Part shown: positions 29,796 to 39,897 of the stretch, one piece after another
Numbering within the stretch: the first letter of the stretch is position 1
Layout: each line of letters opens with the position of its first letter
Virus record (IMG/VR): IMGVR_UViG_3300042402_002687
Span: 7,826-71,825 of that record
Source: a virus
DNA: 64,000 nt
Direction: 5' to 3' (one strand)
The notes under the pieces: generated by a model
Databases searched by the model: none
What the model was told of the DNA's origin: nothing
Seen by the model: the letters and a program-made list of their open reading frames with translations, nothing else
Translations under genes and position numbers: made by a program

Positions 29796-30212
29796 TTATT
29801 TTACCACAAGGCATATTCTGAAGTCTAAATTCATTCTATATAACCCATTTATTTCCAATGGGGCATTTAGGCTTGACCCAGTTTGCTTAGACGACAGGAT
29901 TCTGACAGTATCACTTTCGATACCATTTGCCTGAGCGACCTGATCACCGATGCTTAACAGATTGATGAACCTATCTGAAAGACGGAATAACCTGTCAACA
30001 TCTGTGTCAAAAATTGAGTATTTTATATAATCGTATCTTTCCCAGTATGTTTCCACATTGGAAACCATTGGATTGTAGTAGTAGACAACATACGGAGCAG
30101 ACTCACCATCAGTAGCCACAACTGGGAAGAAGCTCATTTCCTTACCCGCAACGGAAAGGATAGTTGCATCACTCTTTAAATGGGAGTTTATATCATAGAC
30201 ACTAATTGCCAT
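29796..30212 (-). CDS. Tail terminator-like protein
   Basis: Synteny (last head-tail joining gene); APYVVY motif. Confidence 0.6.
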   Translation of the reverse strand: MAISVYDINSHLKSDATILSVAGKEMSFFPVVATDGESAPYVVYYYNPMVSNVETYWERYDYIKYSIFDTDVDRLFRLSDRFINLLSIGDQVAQANGIESDTVRILSSKQTGSSLNAPLEINGLYRMNLDFRICLVVK

Positions 30213-30543
30213 AATCGTAACCTGCATTTCTAAAATTTTCCGCTAACTTATTTGATATAAATTCTTCAATATATAAAACAACATCATCATAAGTCTCTCC
30301 GGTTGCGTTAAGTAGATGATATGGATTTATCTCATCAACAGATATGTTTATTTCTCCGCCATCATACCCAAGAGTAACTACTACATCATTAGCAGCGTTA
30401 CCAAATCTGGCAGGCAGTTCAATTTGTAAATCATTTACGGAATCAGCCATCGTCTGACTTACTAGCATTTCTATCTGATTTGGCATTGAGTAAATATAAT
30501 CAAGAACTTCATCCAGATTACTTTTGGCTTGAAATCTAATCAT
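30202..30543 (-). CDS. Head-tail joining/tail completion protein
   Basis: Synteny only. Confidence 0.5.
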   Translation of the reverse strand: MIRFQAKSNLDEVLDYIYSMPNQIEMLVSQTMADSVNDLQIELPARFGNAANDVVVTLGYDGGEINISVDEINPYHLLNATGETYDDVVLYIEEFISNKLAENFRNAGYDYGN

Positions 30544-30932
30544 TACTGTTCCACCACAGATCTTAGAGATACAAGAAGATGGTGCTTTTTACCATTCCAT
30601 CCATATTTTGCCTGAATTGTAATAATTTCATAAGGACCAGTCTCTAAAACATTTCCATATCTATCTTTGATGTTGAGAACTCTTGATGATGTGATAACAG
30701 TTGAAGAATAAGAGCCAGGAACAATCATCTGAATAACAGGGATGAAATCTTGATACGGAGCCATTCTTACCTTTGCTCCAGCAGAGTACTGGTCTTCAGG
30801 AGAGTTGACGATTGCAGGAATTTTCTGGTTTAGAGAAAAGGTATAATACTGCTGACCAGCGGGGTTCACGCTTGTTGTTTTTTCGTGAATCTCAACGGTG
30901 TGAGGATATCTTAAAAATCCAGCACCAGCCAT
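30543..30932 (-). CDS. Head-tail adaptor/stopper
   Basis: Synteny; beta-rich pattern ending HHLLVSL. Confidence 0.6.
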   Translation of the reverse strand: MAGAGFLRYPHTVEIHEKTTSVNPAGQQYYTFSLNQKIPAIVNSPEDQYSAGAKVRMAPYQDFIPVIQMIVPGSYSSTVITSSRVLNIKDRYGNVLETGPYEIITIQAKYGWNGKKHHLLVSLRSVVEQ

Positions 30933-31861
30933 TATCCTATATAATCCATAACAAATAGCGTATAGTCCATGAGCAATGTGTCTGCATCAATGTTTCCTGT
31001 GGACTCGTAGAACGATTGCTTTGACTGTAATTTAACAATATCCAAATCAACGGCATAGAAACCATGCCTTCTATACATAGAATCATCATTGAGCATATCA
31101 GCTAAAAGAAGAGAAGCCGCTTGTTTAGCATTCTCAGGAACATACTGCCAACCATAATCCGCCTTGACGCTGTATGTAGTATTTGCGCTAAACACATTTG
31201 TAAAAAGAAAGGCATTTAGGCTGTCTACAATACTTGCCCTCCATTTTATATTATAAGAAGAATTAAAATTGAAAGGCTGATTCTTGACTTTTTCAAGATT
31301 ATTGAGCTGAGCACTTGTTGAGTCATGAATGATAGTTTCTTCATCAAGACCAAGATCTTTGACTACCAATTTCAAATTAAATATTGGAAGAGGTAGATGC
31401 AGCGTCTTTGAATTCCTGCCTTCCAGAAGAATCGTTTTGTCATAATATGGGTCAAAAGTTTGACCAATAAAGGTATTTATAATATTCCTGACTTGTCTTT
31501 CATTTTTGTCAAAATTTTGACCAAAAGATTCCTCAAGCTCAGGGTGCTCCTCGAAGAACTCATCATACGAAATGTATGGCGTATAGACATTGATAATTTG
31601 AGATTGAGTGTATTGAGTCCCCGAAACTGTGTATGTGAAATCAGCCCTGTACTTCCCCCCAGAATTTAAAATATAGATACCAGAGGCTTGCTGACCAAAT
31701 GTGATTGTATAAACCCCTGTGGCTGTCCTAGAGGCACTGGTTGGACCTGAGACTAGATCACCGAATTCATGATAGAGCGACACCGATACCAGATTTGAGG
31801 TTGGGTCACTTGGCAGGGTTAGTGTAAGGGTTTTAGATGTGTTGATTTTTACTTCATCCAT
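30932..31861 (-). CDS. Head-tail connector with N-terminal Ig-like domain
   Basis: YGWQYVPENAKQAASLL...TGNIDADTLL connector motifs; ATGVYT Ig-like N-terminus. Confidence 0.7.
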   Translation of the reverse strand: MDEVKINTSKTLTLTLPSDPTSNLVSVSLYHEFGDLVSGPTSASRTATGVYTITFGQQASGIYILNSGGKYRADFTYTVSGTQYTQSQIINVYTPYISYDEFFEEHPELEESFGQNFDKNERQVRNIINTFIGQTFDPYYDKTILLEGRNSKTLHLPLPIFNLKLVVKDLGLDEETIIHDSTSAQLNNLEKVKNQPFNFNSSYNIKWRASIVDSLNAFLFTNVFSANTTYSVKADYGWQYVPENAKQAASLLLADMLNDDSMYRRHGFYAVDLDIVKLQSKQSFYESTGNIDADTLLMDYTLFVMDYIG

Positions 31862-31902
31862 TATGCTTTAATTATACAGCATATAGGTTTAGTTGGTAAA
31901 TC

Positions 31903-32193
31903 TCAAAACCACCAAAAATGCTTCAGGATAGACAAACTGGCTAGGATGACCCAAAGCACATTGAAGAGGATAATTGTTGGCAAAGTCTTGCGGGTTGATG
32001 TCCAGATAAGACTTATGCTTGAAATGATGGCAAAGATATATAACCACCACCATTGTTTATCAAGAAGAAGACCCGGAAAGATAATTGCAATCTTTGTTGC
32101 AAATCCCCAAGCCTCTACTGAGTTAACCCTTGTCCAATAAGAACGACTACTCATCGTCTTGATTGCATCAATTATTTTCTTAAAGAATACCAT
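31903..32193 (-). CDS. Small multi-pass membrane protein
   Basis: Three hydrophobic segments. Confidence 0.7.
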   Translation of the reverse strand: MVFFKKIIDAIKTMSSRSYWTRVNSVEAWGFATKIAIIFPGLLLDKQWWWLYIFAIISSISLIWTSTRKTLPTIILFNVLWVILASLSILKHFWWF

Positions 32194-32987
32194 TTCTTTT
32201 TTTCCTTCATCTCTTGCTCTATTCTAATCTGGTGCTGTCTATAGATCCGGCTATCATCCTTTTGAGCTAAGCTTCCTTTGCCCATACCATTCCCATTTAT
32301 AAATCTACGCATTGATTCATTTCCCCAAATAATATTTTTAAAATCTCCATGCCTATGATATGGAATCATATGCTGGATAGGTGTTCCGGCTGGAATAGTG
32401 AACTCCTTGTCCGTTAAAACATTTATCACAACATTTATTTGGTTATAAAAATCAGTATGAACAATGCCCGGAACAATTGTATAATTTTCATTAGGTTCGT
32501 GTAGCATTGGTAGCGCAATAAGAGAAACCCCTTTTGGAGTGCGATATCTCCAAGGTGTTACTAATTTAGGGAATTGACCTGTTTGAACTTTATTATGTTT
32601 TGATATAGGACACCCCTCAGTCATTTCTTTGTTGAAGCCATCAATTGGAAAAGAATAATGATCATTGAAATCAGATGTTTTAAATTCAAAACGCTTACCA
32701 GTGGAGTCTGGTCTTATTGTTACATCACACCATAGAGGGATTACAAAACCAGCAGTTGAGTAATCGTATACACCTTGGCATCTTCTCAATGAAAAACGGT
32801 CATGTGGTAAATCTTTCCACCAAGAAGGTAATTTTTTTTCCGCAAGATATGGCGGAATGCCCATGATCCTATTGTCATCAGGTATTATTACAATTTCATT
32901 CTTCTTGGGCTTAGGTATATCTTCTAAGAAATTTACAACCTTATATTTGTATTTGTTTGAGCGATTCCGCATGGTCCACCTTTGCAT
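32172..32987 (-). CDS. Hypothetical protein (beta-rich, dUTPase-like fold possible)
   Basis: GFVIPLWCD, PWRYRTPKG, PGIVHTD, IPAGTPI motifs, of a type seen beside phage oxygenases. Confidence 0.6.
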   Translation of the reverse strand: MQRWTMRNRSNKYKYKVVNFLEDIPKPKKNEIVIIPDDNRIMGIPPYLAEKKLPSWWKDLPHDRFSLRRCQGVYDYSTAGFVIPLWCDVTIRPDSTGKRFEFKTSDFNDHYSFPIDGFNKEMTEGCPISKHNKVQTGQFPKLVTPWRYRTPKGVSLIALPMLHEPNENYTIVPGIVHTDFYNQINVVINVLTDKEFTIPAGTPIQHMIPYHRHGDFKNIIWGNESMRRFINGNGMGKGSLAQKDDSRIYRQHQIRIEQEMKEKKKWYSLRK

Positions 32988-34410
32988 GATTTGATTGTTC
33001 TATCTTAGCAGAGTCAACAAGATGAATTACATGATCTCTAATGTTAAAGTACTCAATTAACCTAGTGGCATTCTCTCTCTTCAAGACCCCTTGCCCTTGT
33101 GCAACATGATACAAATGAGGAACATGGAAAAGTTCAAAATCAACATTGCCAACATCAGTTGCCATTGGGCTGCGTACACTCCATAGATCTAATAAATTAT
33201 TTAAATACTCTGGCTTTTCCATGTTCTTCTGGTTTCTCCACATTTCACTATCATCTCTATCAGAAATATAGTGAAGGGAAATCATGGAAACCAAGTTATC
33301 CATCATAACATCCATTTTTTTATTAAAGTTATTACCGACTATAGAATTAGAATCATCATAGCCTACAAAGTTTTCAATAAAGCACCTAATTTGCTGAATT
33401 GTTGAGCTTATTGAAGTAGCCTCTAGTGGTTCAACAAATGAAGAACACAGACCCAAAGCCAAACAATTCTTATACCACATTTTGTCAAGACTTCCCGGTT
33501 CAAATTTAAAAGACTTCTTTGGTGTAACTTCAAACCCAAGCAAATCTGATACATCTTTTATAGCCTGATCATCCGAAATTAAGTCAGAGTTGAATACATA
33601 ACCGTTACCCCGCCTGCTTTGAGTTGGGATTTCCCAAACCCATCCATTGGCAGTTGCTCTAGCCCGAGTATAGGGTCTAATCTGACCACTGGGGTCAGAC
33701 TCTGTTGGGAATGCTATAGCAGCATTCATTTGAAGGAACTTTGAGTAAGACCTCCACTTAGTATTTCCCATTGCATTCATCAAGACTCTGGCTGTACCAC
33801 TAGCATCAATCCAAAAATCCGATGTTTTTACATCCATATTGGATGTCATAACAGATTCGATATATCCATTTTCATTATTCAAATTTACTTTTATAACCTC
33901 AGTATCTTCAATACTGATTCCTCTATTTTGGCATAATTTTTGCAAATAATCATTTAATCTATTTGTATCAAAATGGTATTGATTGACTGATGTATGTGGA
34001 TTATCCGCTCTGACTTTGTTTTCAATCATAGCTCTAGATGCAGTATTTTCAGTCAGTGTTTTTCCAGCTTCAACCAATCCATTGTATAAACCACTTATTT
34101 GAAAAAGACCTTCATAGGGAACAGACGCAACGCTATGGAAATAATCAGGGGTATGCTTTGTCCAATTTTCAAATCGAATACCATTTTTATGAGTAGCATG
34201 TGTCTCATTAAGCATTTCTGCAAGGGGTATCTTGCAGATATCCATGAACATACGCCAATGTTCTGTGCTACCTTCCCCAACACCAACGATTCCAATCTTT
34301 GATGAAGACAATATTGATATGTTGAATCTTGGATAAGCTGCTTTTATCATTAAGCCAGCTAACAGTCCAGCAGTACCGGATCCAACTATTGTAATGTTCT
34401 TTGTATACAT
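32941..34410 (-). CDS. Flavin-dependent (tryptophan) halogenase family protein
   Basis: GSGTAG, VGVGEGS, ATHKNGIRFENW (catalytic Lys), GWVWEIP (WxWxIP), FVEPLEATSI. Confidence 0.93.
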   Translation of the reverse strand: MYTKNITIVGSGTAGLLAGLMIKAAYPRFNISILSSSKIGIVGVGEGSTEHWRMFMDICKIPLAEMLNETHATHKNGIRFENWTKHTPDYFHSVASVPYEGLFQISGLYNGLVEAGKTLTENTASRAMIENKVRADNPHTSVNQYHFDTNRLNDYLQKLCQNRGISIEDTEVIKVNLNNENGYIESVMTSNMDVKTSDFWIDASGTARVLMNAMGNTKWRSYSKFLQMNAAIAFPTESDPSGQIRPYTRARATANGWVWEIPTQSRRGNGYVFNSDLISDDQAIKDVSDLLGFEVTPKKSFKFEPGSLDKMWYKNCLALGLCSSFVEPLEATSISSTIQQIRCFIENFVGYDDSNSIVGNNFNKKMDVMMDNLVSMISLHYISDRDDSEMWRNQKNMEKPEYLNNLLDLWSVRSPMATDVGNVDFELFHVPHLYHVAQGQGVLKRENATRLIEYFNIRDHVIHLVDSAKIEQSNHAKVDHAESLKQIQI

Positions 34411-35468
34411 ATAACCTTATCTATCATTTTTTTTGGATCAATATTTGGTGAATATTGTAAACTATTTTTATTTTCAAAATAAACTTGAATAAGTTCAAGG
34501 TAATCTTTGCCCTCATAATCAATATTATTCCTTGTAACAATGTCATACATAAAAGTATCTATTTGATGTCTTTCTGAGGCAAGAACGCTTGGTGGTATTA
34601 CAACACCACTTGGATGTGAATTGCTCAAGGATGTTAGGGTTCTATACTGGCAATTTGATTTAATAAAATCAGAAAGGACTTCCGGCATTTCTTCTGCTAA
34701 TTCATTTTCTCTTCCAGTATATGGCTGACCATTTAAATACTTGGATAGCCTAGACGGAGGATATTGAGTGGACAACCATTCTTCTAATTCCGATGGGATG
34801 TTTAAACTTGCCCATAAAGCCTTTGCCTTTTGAGAAATCTCAATATGCTCTTGAACATCACTATCCGACACCTTAGCCCATTCATAAATAAGTTTAAGTA
34901 TTGAAGAATAAGACCTTCCAGCTAGAAGCTGGTTGAATTCGTCATTAGGGTTTTCATTTTCTACTTGTAGAGTCTCAAAATATGCAATATGACAGACACC
35001 AGAAAGGCTAATTGGATTGAATGTTTTGGATATCACATAGGGGTTGGTATTTTTAGGAATAAAAAAAGGAAATCCGCCATATTTCCCGTAATCGCATCGA
35101 AGCGGGTGTGTTCCATCTTTTGTTTTTGAAGTACCTTCAATTTTAGAATAGTCTTCAAAACTTGGCAATTCAATGGAATTAACAAATAAAAAAAATTTAA
35201 AATAATCAAATACTTTTTTATCTAAAATATCAAACATTTGATCAAAATAAGTTAAATTAATATTTATACCATTACAAATAAAATTATGGACACCAACGCC
35301 CCTGACTGGGAAGGCAATAATCTTGCCAGATTCTGTATTGATTACATCATAATCATTATAAGGAACCAAACCGTCTACGGTATTAACCTTTAAATCAGTA
35401 TTACTCACATCCCCTATGAAATAGAAGCTTTCATAGTCAAGGGGGTTGATTTCATTAATATCTATCAT
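34386..35468 (-). CDS. Hypothetical protein
   Basis: Long ORF coupled within the enzyme cassette. Confidence 0.7.
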   Translation of the reverse strand: MIDINEINPLDYESFYFIGDVSNTDLKVNTVDGLVPYNDYDVINTESGKIIAFPVRGVGVHNFICNGININLTYFDQMFDILDKKVFDYFKFFLFVNSIELPSFEDYSKIEGTSKTKDGTHPLRCDYGKYGGFPFFIPKNTNPYVISKTFNPISLSGVCHIAYFETLQVENENPNDEFNQLLAGRSYSSILKLIYEWAKVSDSDVQEHIEISQKAKALWASLNIPSELEEWLSTQYPPSRLSKYLNGQPYTGRENELAEEMPEVLSDFIKSNCQYRTLTSLSNSHPSGVVIPPSVLASERHQIDTFMYDIVTRNNIDYEGKDYLELIQVYFENKNSLQYSPNIDPKKMIDKVICIQRTLQ

Positions 35469-36103
35469 ACAAACCATGTTACCAGACTATATTTTACACC
35501 ATTATCAACTGGGTGCGCTATATGTGTATATGGGAAATTAGATGGGAAAAGAATCACATCATCCTTGTTCAGCTTGACTGTCAAGTTGAAATTATTAAAT
35601 TCCAATTCTCCTCCATCAAAACCATCTTCCCCTAGGCAAGCAACCATGCTAAGAATTCTTTCATTTTCGGAACCATGATCATGGTGTATATGGTATTCAG
35701 AACCACCTGTGTATTTTAATAAAGAATACCCTGTCTCTGTTTTTAATGAAAGGTCAAAAAAGTTTCTATAGTCCCAAATGCATTCGTTTAGGGGTGTAAG
35801 AATGTTTTCTATAAACTTTCCTTTTAAATCTTTTAAATCTTCATTAATATCTTCGGATAAGAGTACATTCATTGACATTTCAAGAGAAGTTCTGTAATCG
35901 CCAACAAACCCATTGTTTACACCATTGCCAGTTGATGACTGCATCCATAACAAATATGCCCAATCTCTATTTGCTTCACTTTCAATTAAATTAGTAAAAT
36001 TTTCACTTTTTAATGCGTTTCTATATATAAAAATACACGGAGCTTGTTCAAATTTTTCAATTGACAACAAAACTAAATTCCTCTTCTTTATTATCGCCAA
36101 CAA
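35465..36103 (-). CDS. 2OG-Fe(II) oxygenase, prolyl-4-hydroxylase-like
   Basis: YHIHHD (HxD), FDGGEL, FPSNFPYTH, KYSLVTW. Confidence 0.9.
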   Translation of the reverse strand: MLAIIKKRNLVLLSIEKFEQAPCIFIYRNALKSENFTNLIESEANRDWAYLLWMQSSTGNGVNNGFVGDYRTSLEMSMNVLLSEDINEDLKDLKGKFIENILTPLNECIWDYRNFFDLSLKTETGYSLLKYTGGSEYHIHHDHGSENERILSMVACLGEDGFDGGELEFNNFNLTVKLNKDDVILFPSNFPYTHIAHPVDNGVKYSLVTWFV

Positions 36104-36461
36104 GAATACTGCACAGATGCTCGCCAGAGGTTTGACAAAGGTAGTTGTACCTTACAGTGTGCATTTCTTCATAAATAGGTTTAATTGATTTATTATTTAT
36201 TAAAAGTTTAATGTTATTCTTTAAAGTTTTATATTCATTAATATATCGGATACATTGATGAAAACCAATAGGTGCTTCTGTGTACAACAGACTTAGATCC
36301 TTCTTTTCTGGAATTTTAATCACTGACACAGTGTATCTATTGAAATCAACATCTGTGGATTCTTGCGAATCTCCAATTAGAATTGGGAGACCTGTTTTTA
36401 TCGCTAACTCTTCTGCACTAGCGATATGGTCATCGCTAGGACAATACACATATCTTCTCAT
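36057..36461 (-). CDS. Hypothetical protein
   Basis: Coupled ORF. Confidence 0.6.
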   Translation of the reverse strand: MRRYVYCPSDDHIASAEELAIKTGLPILIGDSQESTDVDFNRYTVSVIKIPEKKDLSLLYTEAPIGFHQCIRYINEYKTLKNNIKLLINNKSIKPIYEEMHTVRYNYLCQTSGEHLCSILVGDNKEEEFSFVVN

Positions 36462-36694
36462 TACAAGTATTGATTCAGCAAGTCTTTTGTTTGGATATAG
36501 TGTTCATAAGCATTTTTTAATGAAGCAAATTTAACAATATCCTCTGGGGAAGTTTTGTCGTCAAAGAAATCTGCTTCAAAAGTATCGGGATCAACTCCCT
36601 CTTGAATCAATGAAGAATATAGACTTCTTTGCGCTTGTGTTATATTTTCTTCAACAATTTTCTTCTTGTCTTCATCTGTTATATTGAATATCAT
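36461..36694 (-). CDS. Hypothetical protein (possible fibre chaperone)
   Basis: Small acidic helical ORF directly after the His-rich fibre gene. Confidence 0.6.
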   Translation of the reverse strand: MIFNITDEDKKKIVEENITQAQRSLYSSLIQEGVDPDTFEADFFDDKTSPEDIVKFASLKNAYEHYIQTKDLLNQYL

Positions 36695-36702
36695 AAAATC
36701 TC

Positions 36703-38814
36703 CTATGCATTTAAAATTGTAATTACTGAACCAGATTGACCTGTTCCACCACCAGACACAGTTCCACCAATTGTTGATGTTACCACCGTGTTGGCTATTG
36801 AGTCAGTAATGATAATTATACCACCACCACCACCAGTGATGCCAGCTGATCCGGCAGTTGATGAACCAGCAGCGCCTGCAGTTCCACCATTTTTTACGAC
36901 ACTTCCTTGACCTGATACGGACCCCGCTGTTCTGTAGCGATATGTCCCATGATTGTATTGGTTATGATACCTTGGCCATGCAGATCCAATATGCCATGCT
37001 CCACATCCGGAAAAGAACTTATCTCCTCCATGACCGGGGTTATGTTCAACCCCCTGATGGGGTCCATCATGACCAGTATGAAATTCACCGCTTGTGTGTG
37101 AGCTATCTGCGATTCTTGCTTCTCCAATATTTCCTCTATGTCCCGGAGTATGGTCAATGCTATTAATTGAATAATAAGTTCCAGTCAATGAATCAACATG
37201 TGCGTTATTGTTATAATCACCTTGGTGATGCCCATAATTTCCGCCTTGGTTATTTGCAGCACCAAAGTTATAAGTTCCGGGACCATGACCAAAAGTGCGC
37301 CCAGCAGCGTTTCCGCACCAAAAACTACAATCCCCCGAACAGGCAGTATGGTGTACCACACCTCTATGAACATGGTGATAGGTATACCCATGCCTATAAT
37401 TTTCTGTAGCAGCGACATTGGGTACGCCCTGTGGAACACCATGTGGAAGATTTGGGGTAGGAGTTGAGGCATGAGGTCCATGTGTTCCATCACCTGTTAT
37501 ATAATGCTTTGAACCATCAACCAGGTGAGTTAATGGTTGGTTAGGAGCTGCTGTACCTGCACTTCCTGTTGAGCTATTTGCACCAACATTTGCATTCTGC
37601 CCTTGAGCTAAAATTGTTCCTAATCCAGTGATTTGCTTGGCAACAATGAGGACAATACCCCCGCCGATTCCGCCAGTTCCTCCAGCAGACGCAGATGGCG
37701 TTGTACCAGCTGTTCCGGGACCACCCGGTGCAAGAGTATTTCTGTTAAGTTCACCAGCACCACCATTTGTTGCAGGGGTTAAAGTTCCAGACGCACCAGA
37801 CGCACCAGCAGCTCCGCCTCTTATTGCAGACACTGTTCCTTCGGCATCTATCACTATACCAGAAATCAATGCTTCAATATTTTTCCTATCAGAGTCAGTT
37901 ATTTGTGATGCTGTATATGTATTACCACCAGAATTTCCTCCGATGGCTTTTGCGATATTACCAGAGCCAAGGAGCATACGCTCTGCAAGGGTCGAATTAA
38001 AATAAAGTTGTTGCGGGATGACTCCAATATTACCAGTAAGAGTCAGTGTATTTTTTACAAATACACGATAACCGTTTGTATTCAGATGAACTCCGGTATT
38101 AATAGTAAGATTGTTGTAGTACATATCTCTAGAGAGAGATGTATTTGAGGCAATTACAACAGTACCGTCAGACCCAGTTCCGTAAACTGAGTCGTTACCT
38201 ATTCTTTGAACCGAAGAGGATGGCTCAACTAAGAACATTCGCACTGGTCTTACGCTATGTGATTCAGATTTCAAAGGACCAACGGCATCCAAGTATAGCC
38301 ACATTGCAGCTCTTGATGCCGCATCGCCATAGGTAGTTCCAGTTTCTTGCGTTGAACCCCAATAGTTAGCACTGCCTAGATTGTCTGGATTATTAAGGCC
38401 TCCTATGTCTCCATTATCATAAAAAAGAACGGATACCATTTGACCAAGTTCAAATGAAGATGGAAGAAACCAGTCATTCTTACCACCAGAAGTGCAAGTT
38501 CTAGCCAAAGCTGCTGCTGATGTAGCGGGGTCTGTATTTCCCTGAGCGATAATGGCTAAAGTATTAGCATAACCAGTTCCATATGCAGTGCCAGTCGCTC
38601 CGAGAACATTGGATGTTTGATAAGATGTTTGCGCCCAAGTCCTTTTAGGATCTGCCCCAACCCCATTCCACCCATAAGGAGCAGCTTCAAAATATTTCCC
38701 TGTTTCATTACCGGCAGTTGATGGAGTAGCAAATATAAATCCACCGCTTGGGCCTCTATCCCCAACTTCAAATGTTCTTAATGTTTTAGCATTAAATCTT
38801 TCTAAACCAGCCAT
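36703..38814 (-). CDS. Gly-rich fibre/adhesin protein: Lcl/DUF1566-like domain, polyglycine domain and His-rich insert
   Basis: DWFLPSSFEL...YWGST...VRPVR; YGTGSDG...GYRVFVK; GGGIVLIVA/GGGGIIII; 26 His in ~193 aa. Confidence 0.75.
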   Translation of the reverse strand: MAGLERFNAKTLRTFEVGDRGPSGGFIFATPSTAGNETGKYFEAAPYGWNGVGADPKRTWAQTSYQTSNVLGATGTAYGTGYANTLAIIAQGNTDPATSAAALARTCTSGGKNDWFLPSSFELGQMVSVLFYDNGDIGGLNNPDNLGSANYWGSTQETGTTYGDAASRAAMWLYLDAVGPLKSESHSVRPVRMFLVEPSSSVQRIGNDSVYGTGSDGTVVIASNTSLSRDMYYNNLTINTGVHLNTNGYRVFVKNTLTLTGNIGVIPQQLYFNSTLAERMLLGSGNIAKAIGGNSGGNTYTASQITDSDRKNIEALISGIVIDAEGTVSAIRGGAAGASGASGTLTPATNGGAGELNRNTLAPGGPGTAGTTPSASAGGTGGIGGGIVLIVAKQITGLGTILAQGQNANVGANSSTGSAGTAAPNQPLTHLVDGSKHYITGDGTHGPHASTPTPNLPHGVPQGVPNVAATENYRHGYTYHHVHRGVVHHTACSGDCSFWCGNAAGRTFGHGPGTYNFGAANNQGGNYGHHQGDYNNNAHVDSLTGTYYSINSIDHTPGHRGNIGEARIADSSHTSGEFHTGHDGPHQGVEHNPGHGGDKFFSGCGAWHIGSAWPRYHNQYNHGTYRYRTAGSVSGQGSVVKNGGTAGAAGSSTAGSAGITGGGGGIIIITDSIANTVVTSTIGGTVSGGGTGQSGSVITILNA

Positions 38815-38815
38815 A

Positions 38816-39538
38816 CTATACCAATTGAGAGTATATCACTGTACCATTTGCGCAACTTGTTCCACCAGCAACATTTGTTGAAACATTTGCTGGCAAAGAT
38901 GCTTGAGCAGAAGTGATGATAATAACTCCGCCTCCTCCACCACCAGAACCAGCCGTTCCTGGTGCGCTAATTGAAGCATTAACTGTATTTGCATCACAAG
39001 AGATGTATCTCGCATTAAGAATAACAACTCCACCACCAGTGCCGCTTACTGATGCACCACCAGCACCTCCTCTTAGAAATAAAGGAGTGGTTTGAGTTGC
39101 AGTTATTACATATCCTTTAGAAGACTGTGTAGGCTGATACCAGTAGCCACTCTGTGTCGTCTTATCGCCAGTTCCTCCATTTGAAACAGTTGGAGGAGTT
39201 GCGATTTGTGTTGCGCTGTTTCCACCAAGGCTGTTGGTGACTGCTGTATTGGCAGCAGCCCCGCCAGCAATTGAGCCATTAGCATTTGATCCAGTTGTAA
39301 AACCAATTAAAGAACCATTACGGAGAGTAAGTATATTTTTTACAAAAACTCTATAACCGGCGGTAATTAAGTTTGTATTTGCATTTATTTCCAAGTTATA
39401 ATAATACTTATCAGACGACAAAGTTGTATTTGTAGAAATAGTCACAGACCCATCTGAGCCAGTTCCGTATACAGGGTCAGCGGCATCAATGAATGAGGCA
39501 AAAGCGTTTGCAGCAGGAAATCTAGAAATACCAGTCAT
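38816..39538 (-). CDS. Gly-rich fibre/adhesin protein, paralog of the 36703-38814 core
   Basis: Shares VYGTGSDG.V.I..NT.LS.D.YY.NL.IN...GYRVFVKN.LTL and GGGV[VI]II motifs. Confidence 0.75.
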   Translation of the reverse strand: MTGISRFPAANAFASFIDAADPVYGTGSDGSVTISTNTTLSSDKYYYNLEINANTNLITAGYRVFVKNILTLRNGSLIGFTTGSNANGSIAGGAAANTAVTNSLGGNSATQIATPPTVSNGGTGDKTTQSGYWYQPTQSSKGYVITATQTTPLFLRGGAGGASVSGTGGGVVILNARYISCDANTVNASISAPGTAGSGGGGGGVIIITSAQASLPANVSTNVAGGTSCANGTVIYSQLV

Positions 39539-39897
39539 TACGACTCCTCTATGCCAAATATTGTAACATTTATTGCAGAGTTAGATGAAGCTAAAAATGT
39601 AATTTGATCACTATTTGTATTGTTCGCAGTACTTCCATTATTAATTAAAACCATAGAGCAGTTGAATGATACAGTCTCATTTGCATTAATTGTTACACTG
39701 CTTAATATATCATGAGTATTTGCTTCAGCAATATTGAGAGGCTTTAAACGAATTGTTGCAGTTTTTGAAGAAGCTGTTGTATTAGTTAACAGGATTTGTT
39801 TAACGATAGTTGTGGTGTTAATTGGAACAGTATATGCAACAGATGTAACGGTAGTAATTTGAGTTGGACCAGCCAATCTTTTTTGTGTCACAGCCAT
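39538..39897 (-). CDS. Small beta-sandwich virion protein
   Basis: YTVP...IVKQILLTNT...ETVS...IFGIE; paralog of 44893-45225. Confidence 0.6.
   Translation of the reverse strand: MAVTQKRLAGPTQITTVTSVAYTVPINTTTIVKQILLTNTTASSKTATIRLKPLNIAEANTHDILSSVTINANETVSFNCSMVLINNGSTANNTNSDQITFLASSNSAINVTIFGIEES

Noticed and set aside
38190-38790. Diversity-generating retroelement targeting the Lcl-like domain
   Set aside because: No reverse transcriptase or template repeat seen in this window; cannot exclude one elsewhere
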